In this document: positions 46,086 through 56,603 of the stretch, in pieces | Layout: each line of letters starts with the position of its first letter | Position numbering within the stretch: position 1 is the stretch's first letter | Source of the DNA: Planctomycetota bacterium | GTDB taxonomy: Bacteria; Planctomycetota; UBA1135; UBA2386 | DNA: 64,000 nt | Assembly: GCA_965228735.1 (NCBI GenBank) | Contig: OZ245838.1 | Span: 1,664,001-1,728,000, forward strand | Direction: 5' to 3' | Translations under genes and position numbers: made by a program | Notes under the pieces: generated by a model | What the model saw: the letters and a program-made list of their open reading frames with translations, nothing else | Database searches by the model: none | What the model was told of the DNA's origin: nothing

Positions 46086-48391
46086 CGCGGTCCGAACGCG
46101 CGATCGAGGAACCGCGCGCGGTCGGCTTCGGGTACAAAACCGAGATCGCGTTTGCTCGCGCTGCAGTCGAACGGTGCCCGGAAGCTGCGCGACGCGAAGT
46201 CGCGGAATGCGGGCCACTGCCGCGGCCGCCGGGCGAGCACCTTGACGACGTGTTTGCCCACCTCCTGCAGCCACATCCAGCGCAGGAAGATCGGGTGGTA
46301 GTGGTAGTCGCGGCCGGTGCGCGCCGTGAGCTCGCGCATGTACTCGCGCGCCGTCAACCGCACGTCACCCGCGAGGTTGTAGGACTGGTCGCCCGCGTTC
46401 TCCGCGGTCAGCGCCGCGACGAGCCCGGCCGCGCAGTCGTCGGCGAGCACGAACGGCAACGGCGTCGTGCCGCGGCCCCAACCGACGCAGTGGTTGTCCT
46501 TGACCCACAGGCCGACGCCCGAGTGCTCGAGGATGCCGTCCGGCCCGACGACGATCGCCGGGCGCACGATGGTCATCTCGGTGCGCCGATTCTCGGTGCT
46601 CTGGCCCGCGACACTCTGGCCCGCGACATCCTGGCCCGCGACATTCTGGCCACGCAAGGCCACGAGCGCGTGTTCGGCCGCGATCTTGCCGCGCGCGTAC
46701 TCGCCGCGATGCGCGGGCCTGGGGTCGGGCCCGATGCTGTCCGGCACCGGCGCGCTGCCGCCGAGCCAGAGCGCCGCCGTGCTGCTCGCGTAGACGAACC
46801 GTTCGACCTTGGCCGCGACCGCGGCCTTGCCGGCATGCTCCACGGCCGTCGGCATCGCCTGCTCGACGGGAACCGAACCGTCGCCCGCCACGGTCGCCAG
46901 GTGCAGCACGGACTGCGCGCCTTCGAACGCCCGCTGTAGAACGCCCGGATCCGACGCGTCGCCGACGAACACACGCACGCTGCCGTCGCGCAGGTCCGCG
47001 GGCAGCAAGTGCGGCTTGCGCACGACCAGCGTGACCGGGCGATCCGCGCTGCGCAGCTGCGCCACCGCGCGGCGACCGAGGAAGCCGGTGCCGCCGAGCA
47101 CGACGACCTCGCCCGGTCGCGCCGGGCCGGGTGCGGGCAGATCGGCCGGCGCCGGCGGGGCTTCGAGCGACGCGTCGGCCGCGCGCGCCGTCTGCATGCA
47201 CATGTCGAGCACGGCCCGCGCCCCGGCCGGGCTCAGCACTGCCGGCAACTGGCCCTGGCCGCGCACGGCAGCGTGGAACGCCGACAACGTGCCGCGCATC
47301 CCGCGCAGGAACGGATCGTCCGGGAACGCCAGCTTGAACAACCCGAGGCCGTAGCCGGCGACCGCCGAGATCGCGCGCCCGAGCAGGTGGCGAGAACCGC
47401 GCCACAGGTTGAGCCCGTGATCGAAGAACTCGAGCCAGCGCGTCTTGGTCCGCAGCTCGCAGCTCGCGCGCTGCAGATCGACGAATGCGGCGCCGTCGCT
47501 GCCGATGCAGTGCGCCGTCGTCTCGAGCATCGTGCGACCGAACGCCATCCGCACGTTGGCCGTGCCACGTTCGCACTCGAGCGTCACGTGCCATTCGGCC
47601 CGGAAGTCGACACCGTTGGGCAGCCGCTGCGCGGGTCCGGTCCACGCGGACGCAGCCCGGCATTCACCGAGTGCCGCGTAGACCATCGAGAACACATGCA
47701 CGCCCTGCTCCCAGACGATGTTGGCGCCGGTCTGGAACATGAAGTGGCTGACGTCACCGGTCGCGAGCTGCCGCAGCGGCACGTTGTGCTGCAGCGCGAG
47801 GTGCTCGATGCGGCCGAGGCGACCCGCCGCGAGATGACGCGTGAGCCGGGCGAACCCCGGGTTCTCGGTCAGGTTGTGGTTGACCGCGAGCACGGCGCCG
47901 CGCTCCTTCGCGGCGATCTCGACCTCGGCCACCTCCTCGGCCCGCAGCACGAGCGGCTTCTCCACCAGCACGTGCAGGCCAGCGGCGAGGCAAGCGAGCG
48001 CGATCTCACGATGCAGCGCCGGCGGCACGAGCACGTGGACCGCGTCGACGTCGCCGGCCTCGATCAGCTCCTCGACGCTGGCGAACGCGCGCTGCACGCC
48101 GTGCTTCCGCGCGAGCTCCTGCGCCCGCGCGATCGCCGGATCGACGAGGGCAGTGACCTCGACGTCCGCGACCGAACGCAGCACCATGAGGTGGACGTCC
48201 GCGATGAACCCACTGCCGATCAGGGCCACGCGCGTGCGGCGGCCGGTCACGGTGCGGGGAGGCTGCGTGGGTGCTTGGACGGGAGCTCTCGTGGACGTGG
48301 TCAGACTCGGATCCTGCGGCATCGGGAGAAGCGGCGCAACCATGGCGTTATCGGCAACGGCTGTCGATGATTCGAGCCGCGGTTCCCCCAT
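46082..48391 (-). CDS. Gfo/Idh/MocA oxidoreductase fused to NAD-dependent epimerase/dehydratase
   Basis: First domain IGSGFIA, VEKP; second domain GGTGFLG, ASST, YARGK. Start may be slightly downstream. Confidence 0.88.
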   Translation of the reverse strand: MGEPRLESSTAVADNAMVAPLLPMPQDPSLTTSTRAPVQAPTQPPRTVTGRRTRVALIGSGFIADVHLMVLRSVADVEVTALVDPAIARAQELARKHGVQRAFASVEELIEAGDVDAVHVLVPPALHREIALACLAAGLHVLVEKPLVLRAEEVAEVEIAAKERGAVLAVNHNLTENPGFARLTRHLAAGRLGRIEHLALQHNVPLRQLATGDVSHFMFQTGANIVWEQGVHVFSMVYAALGECRAASAWTGPAQRLPNGVDFRAEWHVTLECERGTANVRMAFGRTMLETTAHCIGSDGAAFVDLQRASCELRTKTRWLEFFDHGLNLWRGSRHLLGRAISAVAGYGLGLFKLAFPDDPFLRGMRGTLSAFHAAVRGQGQLPAVLSPAGARAVLDMCMQTARAADASLEAPPAPADLPAPGPARPGEVVVLGGTGFLGRRAVAQLRSADRPVTLVVRKPHLLPADLRDGSVRVFVGDASDPGVLQRAFEGAQSVLHLATVAGDGSVPVEQAMPTAVEHAGKAAVAAKVERFVYASSTAALWLGGSAPVPDSIGPDPRPAHRGEYARGKIAAEHALVALRGQNVAGQDVAGQSVAGQSTENRRTEMTIVRPAIVVGPDGILEHSGVGLWVKDNHCVGWGRGTTPLPFVLADDCAAGLVAALTAENAGDQSYNLAGDVRLTAREYMRELTARTGRDYHYHPIFLRWMWLQEVGKHVVKVLARRPRQWPAFRDFASRSFRAPFDCSASKRDLGFVPEADRARFLDRAFGPR
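46601..46651. repeat. 15-bp in-frame tandem repeat (~3.4 copies)
   Basis: Units CTGGCCCGCGACA-CT/TC/TT encode GQNVA-GQDVA-GQSVA-GQ. Confidence 0.9.
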
Positions 48392-48486
48392 CGTTTTCCG
48401 AGGATTCGTGCGGCCTCGACGCCCGCGCAGTCGGCGGTCGCATGGTCACTTCCGCGCCCGCTCCGATTCGCCTTCAGCCCGAGACC

Positions 48487-49611
48487 ATGCCACACCTCAC
48501 CCGCCGCACGTTCTGCGCCCTCGGTTCTGCCGCCACGCTGTCGTCGCTGGCCAACGCGCCCTGGATCAGCAGGCGGGGGTCGCCACGGCGCGCGGTGCAA
48601 TGGCACGACGTCGCAGACTGGCCGATCGAAGGCCGCGCGTTCGCGGCCCGCAAGGCGCCGTTCGACCGGCTGCCCGCGGCCGCCGAGGGCGTCGTGCGGG
48701 ACGCGGTCTGGAACCTGTCGCGCCACAGCGCGGGCATGCTCGTGCGCCTGCGGACGAACAGCCCGGAGCTGCACGTGCGCTACCGGCTCACGAGCGCGCG
48801 CCTCGCGATGGCGCACATGCCCGCGACGGGCGTGAGCGGCGTCGACCTCTACGGTCACGACGGCAGCGGCTGGCGGTGGATCGACGTCACGCGACCGCAG
48901 AAGCAGGACGTCGCGCGCCGGTTCTTCCACGCCCGCGACGTCGCCGAGCGCGACTTCGCGCTCTACCTGCCGCTCTACAACGGCATCGAGAGTCTCGAGC
49001 TCGGCGTCCTCGACGACGCGACGATCACGCCGCTGCCCCGCCGCGGCGACGATCCGAAGTCGCGGCCGATCCTGTGCTACGGCACCTCGATCATGCACGG
49101 CGCGTGCGCGTCGCGCCCCGGCATGGCGTGGCCCGCGATCGTCGGCCGCCAGCTCGACCGCGAGGTCCTCAACTTCGGATTCTCGGGGAACGGCCGCATG
49201 GAGACGACCGTCGGTCGGTTCCTCGTCGAGCTCGACCCCGCGGCCTTCGTGATCGACTGCCTGCCGAACATCAGCCCGCAACAGACGAAGGAACGCACGG
49301 AGCCGCTCGTCCGACAGCTGCGCGAGGCGCGACCGGACACCCCGATCCTGCTCGTCGAGGATCGCACGTTCACCAACGCATGGTTCCACGAAGCCCGACG
49401 CGAGGCCCACGAGGATCGCCGTCGCGAGCTGCGCGACGCGATCCAGCGGCTGCGTGATGCCGGCGTGGAGAACCTGCACCTGCTCGCTGGCGAGGATCTG
49501 CTCGGCCGCGACGGCGACGGCGCGACCGATGGTTCGCACCCCAACGACCTCGGCATGTGGCGCCAGGCCAACGCGGTCAGCGCAGCGGTCCGCCCGCTGT
49601 TGCGGGGCTGA
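48487..49611 (+). CDS. SGNH/GDSL hydrolase with Tat signal
   Basis: TRRTF, YGTSIMHG, NFGFSGNG, DCLPN, DGSHPNDLG. Confidence 0.9.
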   Translation: MPHLTRRTFCALGSAATLSSLANAPWISRRGSPRRAVQWHDVADWPIEGRAFAARKAPFDRLPAAAEGVVRDAVWNLSRHSAGMLVRLRTNSPELHVRYRLTSARLAMAHMPATGVSGVDLYGHDGSGWRWIDVTRPQKQDVARRFFHARDVAERDFALYLPLYNGIESLELGVLDDATITPLPRRGDDPKSRPILCYGTSIMHGACASRPGMAWPAIVGRQLDREVLNFGFSGNGRMETTVGRFLVELDPAAFVIDCLPNISPQQTKERTEPLVRQLREARPDTPILLVEDRTFTNAWFHEARREAHEDRRRELRDAIQRLRDAGVENLHLLAGEDLLGRDGDGATDGSHPNDLGMWRQANAVSAAVRPLLRG

Positions 49612-49613
49612 CC

Positions 49614-52250
49614 CTACGGCTCCGGTCGGAGTGCCACGCTGATGCCGTTCCCCGTGTCGGAGTCGCCGCTGGCGGTCGCCGTGCGCGTTCCCGTCGCCCC
49701 GGCTCCACCGAGCAGCTCCACGTTCACGCTCAGCGCGATCCCGACCGCGTCGGGCGGCGGCAGGCTCGCGACATCGACGATCTCGGTCATGCCGACAGGC
49801 GGCGTCCACGTCGCCGACGAGGAGAAGCCGTGCGCGGTGACGAGCATCGCGCCCGCTACGGTCGTCGTCACGTCGGGAGCCGGGTGCGCCAACCCCGACG
49901 CCGTGGACGCGCCGGCCTCGACATCGATCGGACTCGCGGCATCGGCCTCGCGGAACGCGAGCAGTCCACCACCCGATCCCGTCGAGCTCGAGAACGTGAA
50001 CGCGTGCGTTGCAGGCTCGCTCGACGTCGCGATCCGCGAGTAGACGGCGAGCGAGTTCGCCGCCCCACCCGAGTTGTCCGACCGCCGGACCAGGGTCCAA
50101 CCCGCCGGCGGAGTGATCGTCGCGGTGTCGGGTCGGATCGCGATCGCGGCGATGAGCACGTCATCCGCCAGGGTGCCGACCGGCGTCGCAAGCGTCAGCG
50201 TGGTCACGCCCGAAGGCTCCGACGCGGAGGAGCTGCCCCGCAAGGCGATGCCCGCCACGGTGACCGTGATCACGGCCGCCGCATTGATCCCGGTCCCCGG
50301 GTCCGTCCCGGTGATCGTCGCCGAGCCGATCGCGACACCGGTGACGAGGCCTTCGCTGCCGCCGGCGTTCGACACGGTCGCCGTTCCCGGACTGCCCGAA
50401 GACCAGGTCACCTGGTCGGTGAGATCCTGCTGCGAGGCGTCGGTGTAGGTGCCCGTCGCGACGAGCTGCTGGGTCCCTCCGACCCCGACCTCGGTCGCCG
50501 CCGGCGACACCGCAATCGACACTAGGGTCGCTGCCGTAACCGTCAACGTGGTCGCGTCGTTCACTCCAGTGCCCGGCTCGGTTGCGGTGATCGTCGTCGC
50601 TCCGAGCGCCACCGACGTGGCCTGGCCCTCGCTGCCACCGGCGTTGGACACCGTTGCGACGCCGGTCGCCGACGAGCTCCAGGTGACCGCAGCCGTCAGA
50701 TCCTGCACCGAGGCATCCGAGTAAGTGCCGGTCGCCGTGAACTGCTGGCCGGTCCCGAGCGGAATCGAGGGCGAGCTTGGCGTGACGGCGATCGATACGA
50801 GCACGGCGGCGGTCACCGTCAGCGTCGTGCTGCCATTGATGCCCGATCCCGGCTCGGTCGCGGTGATCGTGGTGCCCCCGATCGCCGCCGAGGTCGCCAA
50901 CCCCTCGGTACCCGGCGCGTTGGAGACGGTCGCCGTGGCCGGAACGGACGAAGCCCAGGTGACCGAGTCCGTCAGGTCCTGGACCGAAGCATCGGTGAAC
51001 GTGCCGGTGGCGGTGAACGCCTGCGCCGTGCCGAGCGCGATCGACGGATCTGCCGGCGTCACCGCGATGGCGACGAGCTCGGCCGCCGTGACCGTGAGGA
51101 CCGTGTTGCCGTGGATTCCCGATCCCGGGTCCGTGGCCGTGATCGTCGCGGCGCCGACCGCGACCGACGTCGCGAGCCCTTCGCTGCCGCCGGCGTTCGA
51201 GACCGTCGCCGTCGCCGGGGCGGACGACGCCCACGTGACCGAGTCCGTCAGGTCCTGGACCGAGGCATTCGTGAAGGTGCCGGTCGCCACGAACGGCTGG
51301 GTCGTGCCGAGCGCGATCGACGGGTTGGTCGGCGTCACCGCGATCGAGACCAGCGCCGCGGCGGTGACGGTCAGCGTCGTGCTGTCGTTGATGCCCGAGC
51401 CCGCATGGATCGCCGAGATCGTGGTCGCGCCGATCGCCGCGGCGGTCGCCCGCCCCGCACTGCCGAGCGCGTTGGAGACGCTGGCGGCCGCGGGCACCGA
51501 CGACGACCAGGTGACGGCGTCGGTGAGGTCCTGAACGGTGGCGTCGCTGAACGTGCCGGTAGCCGTGAACGATTGCGCCGTCCCGAGCGCGATCGACGGG
51601 TTCGTCGGGGTGATCGCCAACGCCACGAGCACGGCGGCCGTTGCCCCGACCTCGACCGTTCCGACGATTCCCGTCTGCGAATCCGTCGCCGAGATCGTCG
51701 TGACACCGACGCCGACGGCAGTCGTGTAGCCGGCACCCGAAATGCTCGCCACGCTCGCGGCACTCGTGCCCCAGATCACCGCACCTGTCAGATCGGACGT
51801 CGACCCATCGCTGAAGATCCCGGTCGCGGTCAACTGCTGCCCCGTGCCGAGAGCGAGGGTCGGAGCCGCGGGGGTGACCTCGATCGCATCGAGCTCGGCC
51901 GGGGTGCACAGCAGCTGCGCCGAACCGGTCATCGCCGCGCTCGGGAGCTCGGCGCGGATCTGCACCTCGCCCACTGCTCGAGCCCACGCCATACCGGCAT
52001 CGTCGACCGTCGCCGTCGCGTTCGCCGAGCTGCTCCATGCGACGTCGTCGGAGACGTCGACGAGGCGACCGTCGTCGTAGCGCGCGAGCGCCGCGAACTC
52101 GGTGCGCCGACCGAGCGCCAGACCGGCGCCGTTGGGAGTAACCACCACCTCCTCGACGGCAGGGCTGTCGCGGCGCCCCTGCTGACACGCCGGCACGATG
52201 GCCGCGAGGGAGCCGACGACGAGCCAGTCAGGGACTCGCATCCGGCTCAT
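49614..52250 (-). CDS. lipoprotein with seven bacterial Ig-like (Big_2) repeats, adhesin-like
   Basis: Lipobox VPAC, seven ~90-aa repeats of the form SIAVTP..SIALG..Q.F.ATGT.D...DLT..VTW.SS, and a distinct C-terminal beta domain. Confidence 0.9.
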   Translation of the reverse strand: MSRMRVPDWLVVGSLAAIVPACQQGRRDSPAVEEVVVTPNGAGLALGRRTEFAALARYDDGRLVDVSDDVAWSSSANATATVDDAGMAWARAVGEVQIRAELPSAAMTGSAQLLCTPAELDAIEVTPAAPTLALGTGQQLTATGIFSDGSTSDLTGAVIWGTSAASVASISGAGYTTAVGVGVTTISATDSQTGIVGTVEVGATAAVLVALAITPTNPSIALGTAQSFTATGTFSDATVQDLTDAVTWSSSVPAAASVSNALGSAGRATAAAIGATTISAIHAGSGINDSTTLTVTAAALVSIAVTPTNPSIALGTTQPFVATGTFTNASVQDLTDSVTWASSAPATATVSNAGGSEGLATSVAVGAATITATDPGSGIHGNTVLTVTAAELVAIAVTPADPSIALGTAQAFTATGTFTDASVQDLTDSVTWASSVPATATVSNAPGTEGLATSAAIGGTTITATEPGSGINGSTTLTVTAAVLVSIAVTPSSPSIPLGTGQQFTATGTYSDASVQDLTAAVTWSSSATGVATVSNAGGSEGQATSVALGATTITATEPGTGVNDATTLTVTAATLVSIAVSPAATEVGVGGTQQLVATGTYTDASQQDLTDQVTWSSGSPGTATVSNAGGSEGLVTGVAIGSATITGTDPGTGINAAAVITVTVAGIALRGSSSASEPSGVTTLTLATPVGTLADDVLIAAIAIRPDTATITPPAGWTLVRRSDNSGGAANSLAVYSRIATSSEPATHAFTFSSSTGSGGGLLAFREADAASPIDVEAGASTASGLAHPAPDVTTTVAGAMLVTAHGFSSSATWTPPVGMTEIVDVASLPPPDAVGIALSVNVELLGGAGATGTRTATASGDSDTGNGISVALRPEP

Positions 52251-52339
52251 GGTCAGATCAGAGCCATCGGGTCGCGCGGAGGGGTCCTTGAGCGAAGCTC
52301 CGGCCGCTCTCACGCGGCCGCTGCCATGGGCCGTGCGGC

Positions 52340-55300
52340 TCAGCGCGCAGCCGGCAGCTTCACCTCGACCCGCGGGTCGACGCTCGCTCCGACCGTGAAC
52401 GAGCCGCGGATCGTCTCGCCCGTCTCCTGCAGTTCGGCGACGTAGTCGTATCGCCCCGCGGTCAGGCCGCGGGTCCATTCGAACGCGCCGGTGCCGTCGA
52501 CCCAGACGAACCGCTTCGCGACGAGCGCGCCGGCCCGGTGGAGCAAGAGGACCACGTGCGCCTGCCACCGTTGCCCGGCCGGCACGCCATCACGTTGGAA
52601 CGCGAATGTGACGGGCGTCGCCGCGGTCAACGGGATGCGATGCTCGATCGCCTCGCCCGCGACGACGTCGACGGTCTCCTCGCACGGCAGGAAGTCCGGG
52701 CCCCAGGTCTTCACCTTGTAGGCGCCGGCCGGCACCGCTTCGGAACGGAGCGCGCCGTCGTCCGTCGCTTCGAACTGGTGCGCGATGTTGCCGGCCGGGT
52801 CACTGCCCACGATGCGATCGGGGTGCACCGACGTGCCATCCGCGGTGACGAACCGCAGCAGGAGTCGGCCCTTCCCGGGCATGCGCAGCGCGCCGAGATC
52901 GACGCGTTCGCGCGGCGCGAGCATTCGCGACGCGACCTGCATGTCGCCGAGGTCGGGCAGATGGAGGCTGAAGTGGTAGTTCCCGGGTGGCAGTGGTCCG
53001 ATCTCGAAGGTGCCGTCCGGCTCGATCTTCGCGTCCTTGTGGCGCCAGCCGAGCTTGGAATCCGCTGGCCTGTAGCTCAGGCTCGCCCTGGTCACCGGCT
53101 CGCCATCCGGGTCGACGAGTACGCCGTGCAGGATCGCGCCGTCCTCTGGCAGATACTGCGCGCGCAACTCGACCTCGGTCGTGCCCGGCCGAATCCCCGA
53201 CACTTCGACCCAGGGCTCGGAACTCGACACGGTCTGCGGCATCGCGACGACCCGGTACGACGACCCCGTGAGCCCCGCGACTTCGAACGAGCCGTCGACC
53301 TGGATCGCTCCGGCCTTGCCACGCCCCGAAGACTCCGAGTAGGCGAAGAGCCACCAACCCGACACCGGCTCGCCGTTGCGATCGACGAGCCGACCACGAA
53401 TCGAACTGGCGCCGGCAGAGCCGAAGTCGACGCGCCGCTCCTCACCGTCGACCAGTTCGAGCCGTTGCCTGCTGTCCGGCATCCGGCTGGCCTCGAGCAA
53501 CACGCTGCCCGCCGGCACGTGCTCGATCCGGTAGTCGCCGGCCGCGCCCGGCGACGCGTGTTGTTTCACGAATCGCTCGGTGAACAAGCGGCGCTCGGCC
53601 CACACCGGCACCGCGGCGACACGGATCCAATCGCGCTCGGAGCCCTCGAGCACGACGCTGCCGTAGACCGCGGCCCCGCGCTCGAGAGTGATCTCGAGTT
53701 CGCGCCGTTCGCCCTCGACGAGCGTGCATTCCCGGTGCGCCATCGCATGTCCGGCAGCGTTCACGATCAGCGAGAACGTGCCCGTCGGCAGGGCGTCGGT
53801 GGCAAACCGACCAGCGGCATCGGTGCGCACCACGACCGGTGCGTTGCTCACCGTCGGCTCGAGCTCCAGGATCGCCACGAGCGCGTCGGCTGCCGGCCGA
53901 TGGTCCACTCCTCGAACGACACCGCGCAAGTGCGTGACGGGAGCGGCGACCACGAACTGCATGTCCGTGTTCTGACCTGGCCGCATGCGCACGGTATCGC
54001 TGCGCTGGAGCCCCGCCTTGTGCGCCCAGAGATGCCCGCCGTTGTCGAGCCCGCCGTGAAACGCGCCGTCGGCATCCGTCACCGCGACGACCGGCGGCGG
54101 CGCGGCCGACGACCGCTCCCGCTCGAGATGGATCGCCGCCCCGGCGACGCCGTTGCCGTCCGCGTCCACCACGCGCCCGGCGAACCACGCCCACGGCTCG
54201 ACCTCGATGCGTTCTCTGGTCGGCCCGTCGCGCCGCACCTCGAACTCGTGCTGCACGCGCGCATTCGAGATCGAATACTCGCCGGGCGGCAGCTCGATCT
54301 GCAGGCGGCCGGCGTCGTTCACCACGTGATCGGAACCGTCGCGGACGAAGTCCCCGTCGGTCGGGTAGAGATGAACGCCGAGGCGCGGCGCCGGCTCGTC
54401 GGTGCCTTGCCAGACGAACTGCAGCGTGACATCGCCCGGTCCGCCGTCGGTCGGTGCCGGCTCTGCCGGGTCACCCACCGCCGGCGCCGACCGCTGCACG
54501 GCGGGCGGGGAGTCCGCCACGGGCCGCGTGACGTTCGCGGGCTCCGCCCGCACGACCGCGTGCCCGTCGACGTTCGGCGCGGTGCCGTTCTCCGACTGCC
54601 CGAACCAGATCGCCCCGCCGATGCACACCAGCGCGACCACGACGACGACAGCGATGACCTTCTTCATGACCAGTCCTCCGAGCAATGTGGCGCCGGCAAC
54701 CGCGGTCGCGGCCGTGGCAGTTCCGGCAGTGGCGACGGGCGCCAGACTCGCGGCCTTGGCGAGCACGACCTCACGCGCGGCCGCGAGCGAACCGCCGCTC
54801 ACGAGCGCGGCGACCGCGGAGACCCCGATGCCGGAGGGCAACGCCTTGCGCAGCCACTCGCGCCCGCGCTGCAGCCGCGTCTTGACGGTGTCGACCGGGC
54901 AACCGAGCGTGCGCGCGATCGCGGTCGGTGTGAGGCCGTGCGCGAGGCGCATGGTGACGACGACGCGCAGGTTCTGCGGCAACGACTCCATCGCCGCGCT
55001 GAGCTGTTCCTGCACCTCCGCCGATTCGAGCAGTTCGATCGGCGACGGTTCGGCGCCCGGCGCGAGCTCCGCCGGATCGGCCTGCCGCGCGCGCTTGCGT
55101 CGCGTGGCCCGAGCGTGGTTGACGAGGATGCCGATGAGCCACGGCATCAGCGGCCGTTCGCCGTCCCAGCGATCGCGCTTCTCGATCGCGTCGAGGAACG
55201 TCGCCTGCACCAGATCCTCACCGTCGCGCTCGGCGACGTGCCCCGCGACGAGCAGCAGCTCGGGCGCCAGCGCGTCGAACACCGCGGCCAGAGCCGCAGG

Positions 55301-55348
55301 GTCGGAACGCCGGCGAAAGCGCTCGAACAGCTCTTCGGGGGAACTCAC
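52340..55348 (-). CDS. ECF sigma factor fused to TM helix and extracytoplasmic carboxypeptidase-regulatory-like beta-sandwich repeats
   Basis: EDLVQATF, PWLIGI, TVKTRLQRG; TM segment KKVIAVVVVVALVC; repeated GRVVDADG/TDADG.F motifs. Confidence 0.9.
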   Translation of the reverse strand: MSSPEELFERFRRRSDPAALAAVFDALAPELLLVAGHVAERDGEDLVQATFLDAIEKRDRWDGERPLMPWLIGILVNHARATRRKRARQADPAELAPGAEPSPIELLESAEVQEQLSAAMESLPQNLRVVVTMRLAHGLTPTAIARTLGCPVDTVKTRLQRGREWLRKALPSGIGVSAVAALVSGGSLAAAREVVLAKAASLAPVATAGTATAATAVAGATLLGGLVMKKVIAVVVVVALVCIGGAIWFGQSENGTAPNVDGHAVVRAEPANVTRPVADSPPAVQRSAPAVGDPAEPAPTDGGPGDVTLQFVWQGTDEPAPRLGVHLYPTDGDFVRDGSDHVVNDAGRLQIELPPGEYSISNARVQHEFEVRRDGPTRERIEVEPWAWFAGRVVDADGNGVAGAAIHLERERSSAAPPPVVAVTDADGAFHGGLDNGGHLWAHKAGLQRSDTVRMRPGQNTDMQFVVAAPVTHLRGVVRGVDHRPAADALVAILELEPTVSNAPVVVRTDAAGRFATDALPTGTFSLIVNAAGHAMAHRECTLVEGERRELEITLERGAAVYGSVVLEGSERDWIRVAAVPVWAERRLFTERFVKQHASPGAAGDYRIEHVPAGSVLLEASRMPDSRQRLELVDGEERRVDFGSAGASSIRGRLVDRNGEPVSGWWLFAYSESSGRGKAGAIQVDGSFEVAGLTGSSYRVVAMPQTVSSSEPWVEVSGIRPGTTEVELRAQYLPEDGAILHGVLVDPDGEPVTRASLSYRPADSKLGWRHKDAKIEPDGTFEIGPLPPGNYHFSLHLPDLGDMQVASRMLAPRERVDLGALRMPGKGRLLLRFVTADGTSVHPDRIVGSDPAGNIAHQFEATDDGALRSEAVPAGAYKVKTWGPDFLPCEETVDVVAGEAIEHRIPLTAATPVTFAFQRDGVPAGQRWQAHVVLLLHRAGALVAKRFVWVDGTGAFEWTRGLTAGRYDYVAELQETGETIRGSFTVGASVDPRVEVKLPAAR

Positions 55349-55459
55349 GCCCCTACTAGACCGGGCCGTCCGGAGAGGACTCAGGAAATGTCAGCCGCGC
55401 TCGCGAAATCGGCCGCGAGCCCGGATCCGGGCTATCATCGGGGTTCCAGGAGGTGCCGG

Positions 55460-56536
55460 ATGAGATCGCGTTCGTGTGAGGCAGTCGACGTCACGGTAGC
55501 GAGTCGCTCGCGCCAGCCCGGGTGGCGCGCGTTCTGCTGCCTGCTCGTGGGCGCTGGACTCATGGGCGCGCCTGCGGCTCAGGACTTCGTGACCCTCTCC
55601 CGGGAGGTCGACCGCCTGGCGAACGAGGACCACCGGGAGAGCGCGCGACAGGCGCTGCTCGAGGCCGGCCCCACGGCCGTCGCGCCACTCCTGCGCCTCG
55701 TCAGCCGCGACTCGCAACCGTCGGTTCGGGCGATCGCATTCGAGATCCTCGGAACGCTCGGCCCCGATGCCCTCACGGCTCTGCCGCAACTGCTGGAGTT
55801 CGACGGCGAGTTTCAACGACCCGAAGCCAAGGCCTACGCACGCGCCCTGCTGCGGGTCTGGCCCTACGACCCGAGCTTCTGGTCCGCCGACGTGGCGGAA
55901 CTGCAGAACACGATGATGCGTTGCGTGGTGCGCGACGCGCGCGGCTACCGCAGCGTGCACAGCGCCGGTGTCCACGCGATCCGGATGATCCGCGAGCTCG
56001 AGCTCGACCCGACCGACGCGAGCAAGCTCATCGACAAGATCCGGTGGGTGAACCGCGGCGATCCCGTCCAGGAGTACATCGCAGCCGCGCTCGCGCGCCT
56101 CGGGAGCGAAGCCGCCGCCGCCGCGCCACGACTCAGCGCGGCGATCCGGTTCCCCGTGCCGAAGAAGCCGCGACCGCTGCCGCAGATGCGATACCTGCCG
56201 CTGGCCGAAGCCGTGCTCGCGATCCAGGCGACCGGCCCGGCCGCCGCGCGCGCGCACGCCTACCTGCTGATCTACCACCCCGACCCGAAGCGCCGCCTCG
56301 GCGCCGCGATGGCGCTGGGCCGCCAGGCGAGTGCCGGCAGCGCCATGGCGGATCAGGTCGTGTGGGCGCTGACCGACGCGGACCCGCGCGTCGTACGCGA
56401 AGCCGTCACCGCGCTCGGCATGATGGGCCCCGAAGCCGCCGCGGTAGCGCCCAAGCTCGAGAACCTGCTCGATCACGCCGACCGCCAGATCGCCGCCCGC
56501 GCCAAGGTGGCGCTGCGCCAGATCCAGGACCGGTGA
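55460..56536 (+). CDS. exported HEAT-repeat protein
   Basis: LGTLGPDALTALPQL, ALTDADPRVVREAVTALGMMGPEA. Start uncertain. Confidence 0.8.
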   Translation: MRSRSCEAVDVTVASRSRQPGWRAFCCLLVGAGLMGAPAAQDFVTLSREVDRLANEDHRESARQALLEAGPTAVAPLLRLVSRDSQPSVRAIAFEILGTLGPDALTALPQLLEFDGEFQRPEAKAYARALLRVWPYDPSFWSADVAELQNTMMRCVVRDARGYRSVHSAGVHAIRMIRELELDPTDASKLIDKIRWVNRGDPVQEYIAAALARLGSEAAAAAPRLSAAIRFPVPKKPRPLPQMRYLPLAEAVLAIQATGPAAARAHAYLLIYHPDPKRRLGAAMALGRQASAGSAMADQVVWALTDADPRVVREAVTALGMMGPEAAAVAPKLENLLDHADRQIAARAKVALRQIQDR

Positions 56537-56603
56537 TCGCGAGTGCTCACCAACCGTGACGTGCCTTCCCTTGCCGCCACGGACTGGTTAGGCTGCCGCG
56601 CGT

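Noticed and set aside
50340..51700. Regularly spaced DNA repeats suggesting an array or CRISPR
   Set aside because: They are ~276-bp coding Ig repeats with no repeat-spacer structure, and no cas genes are present in the window.
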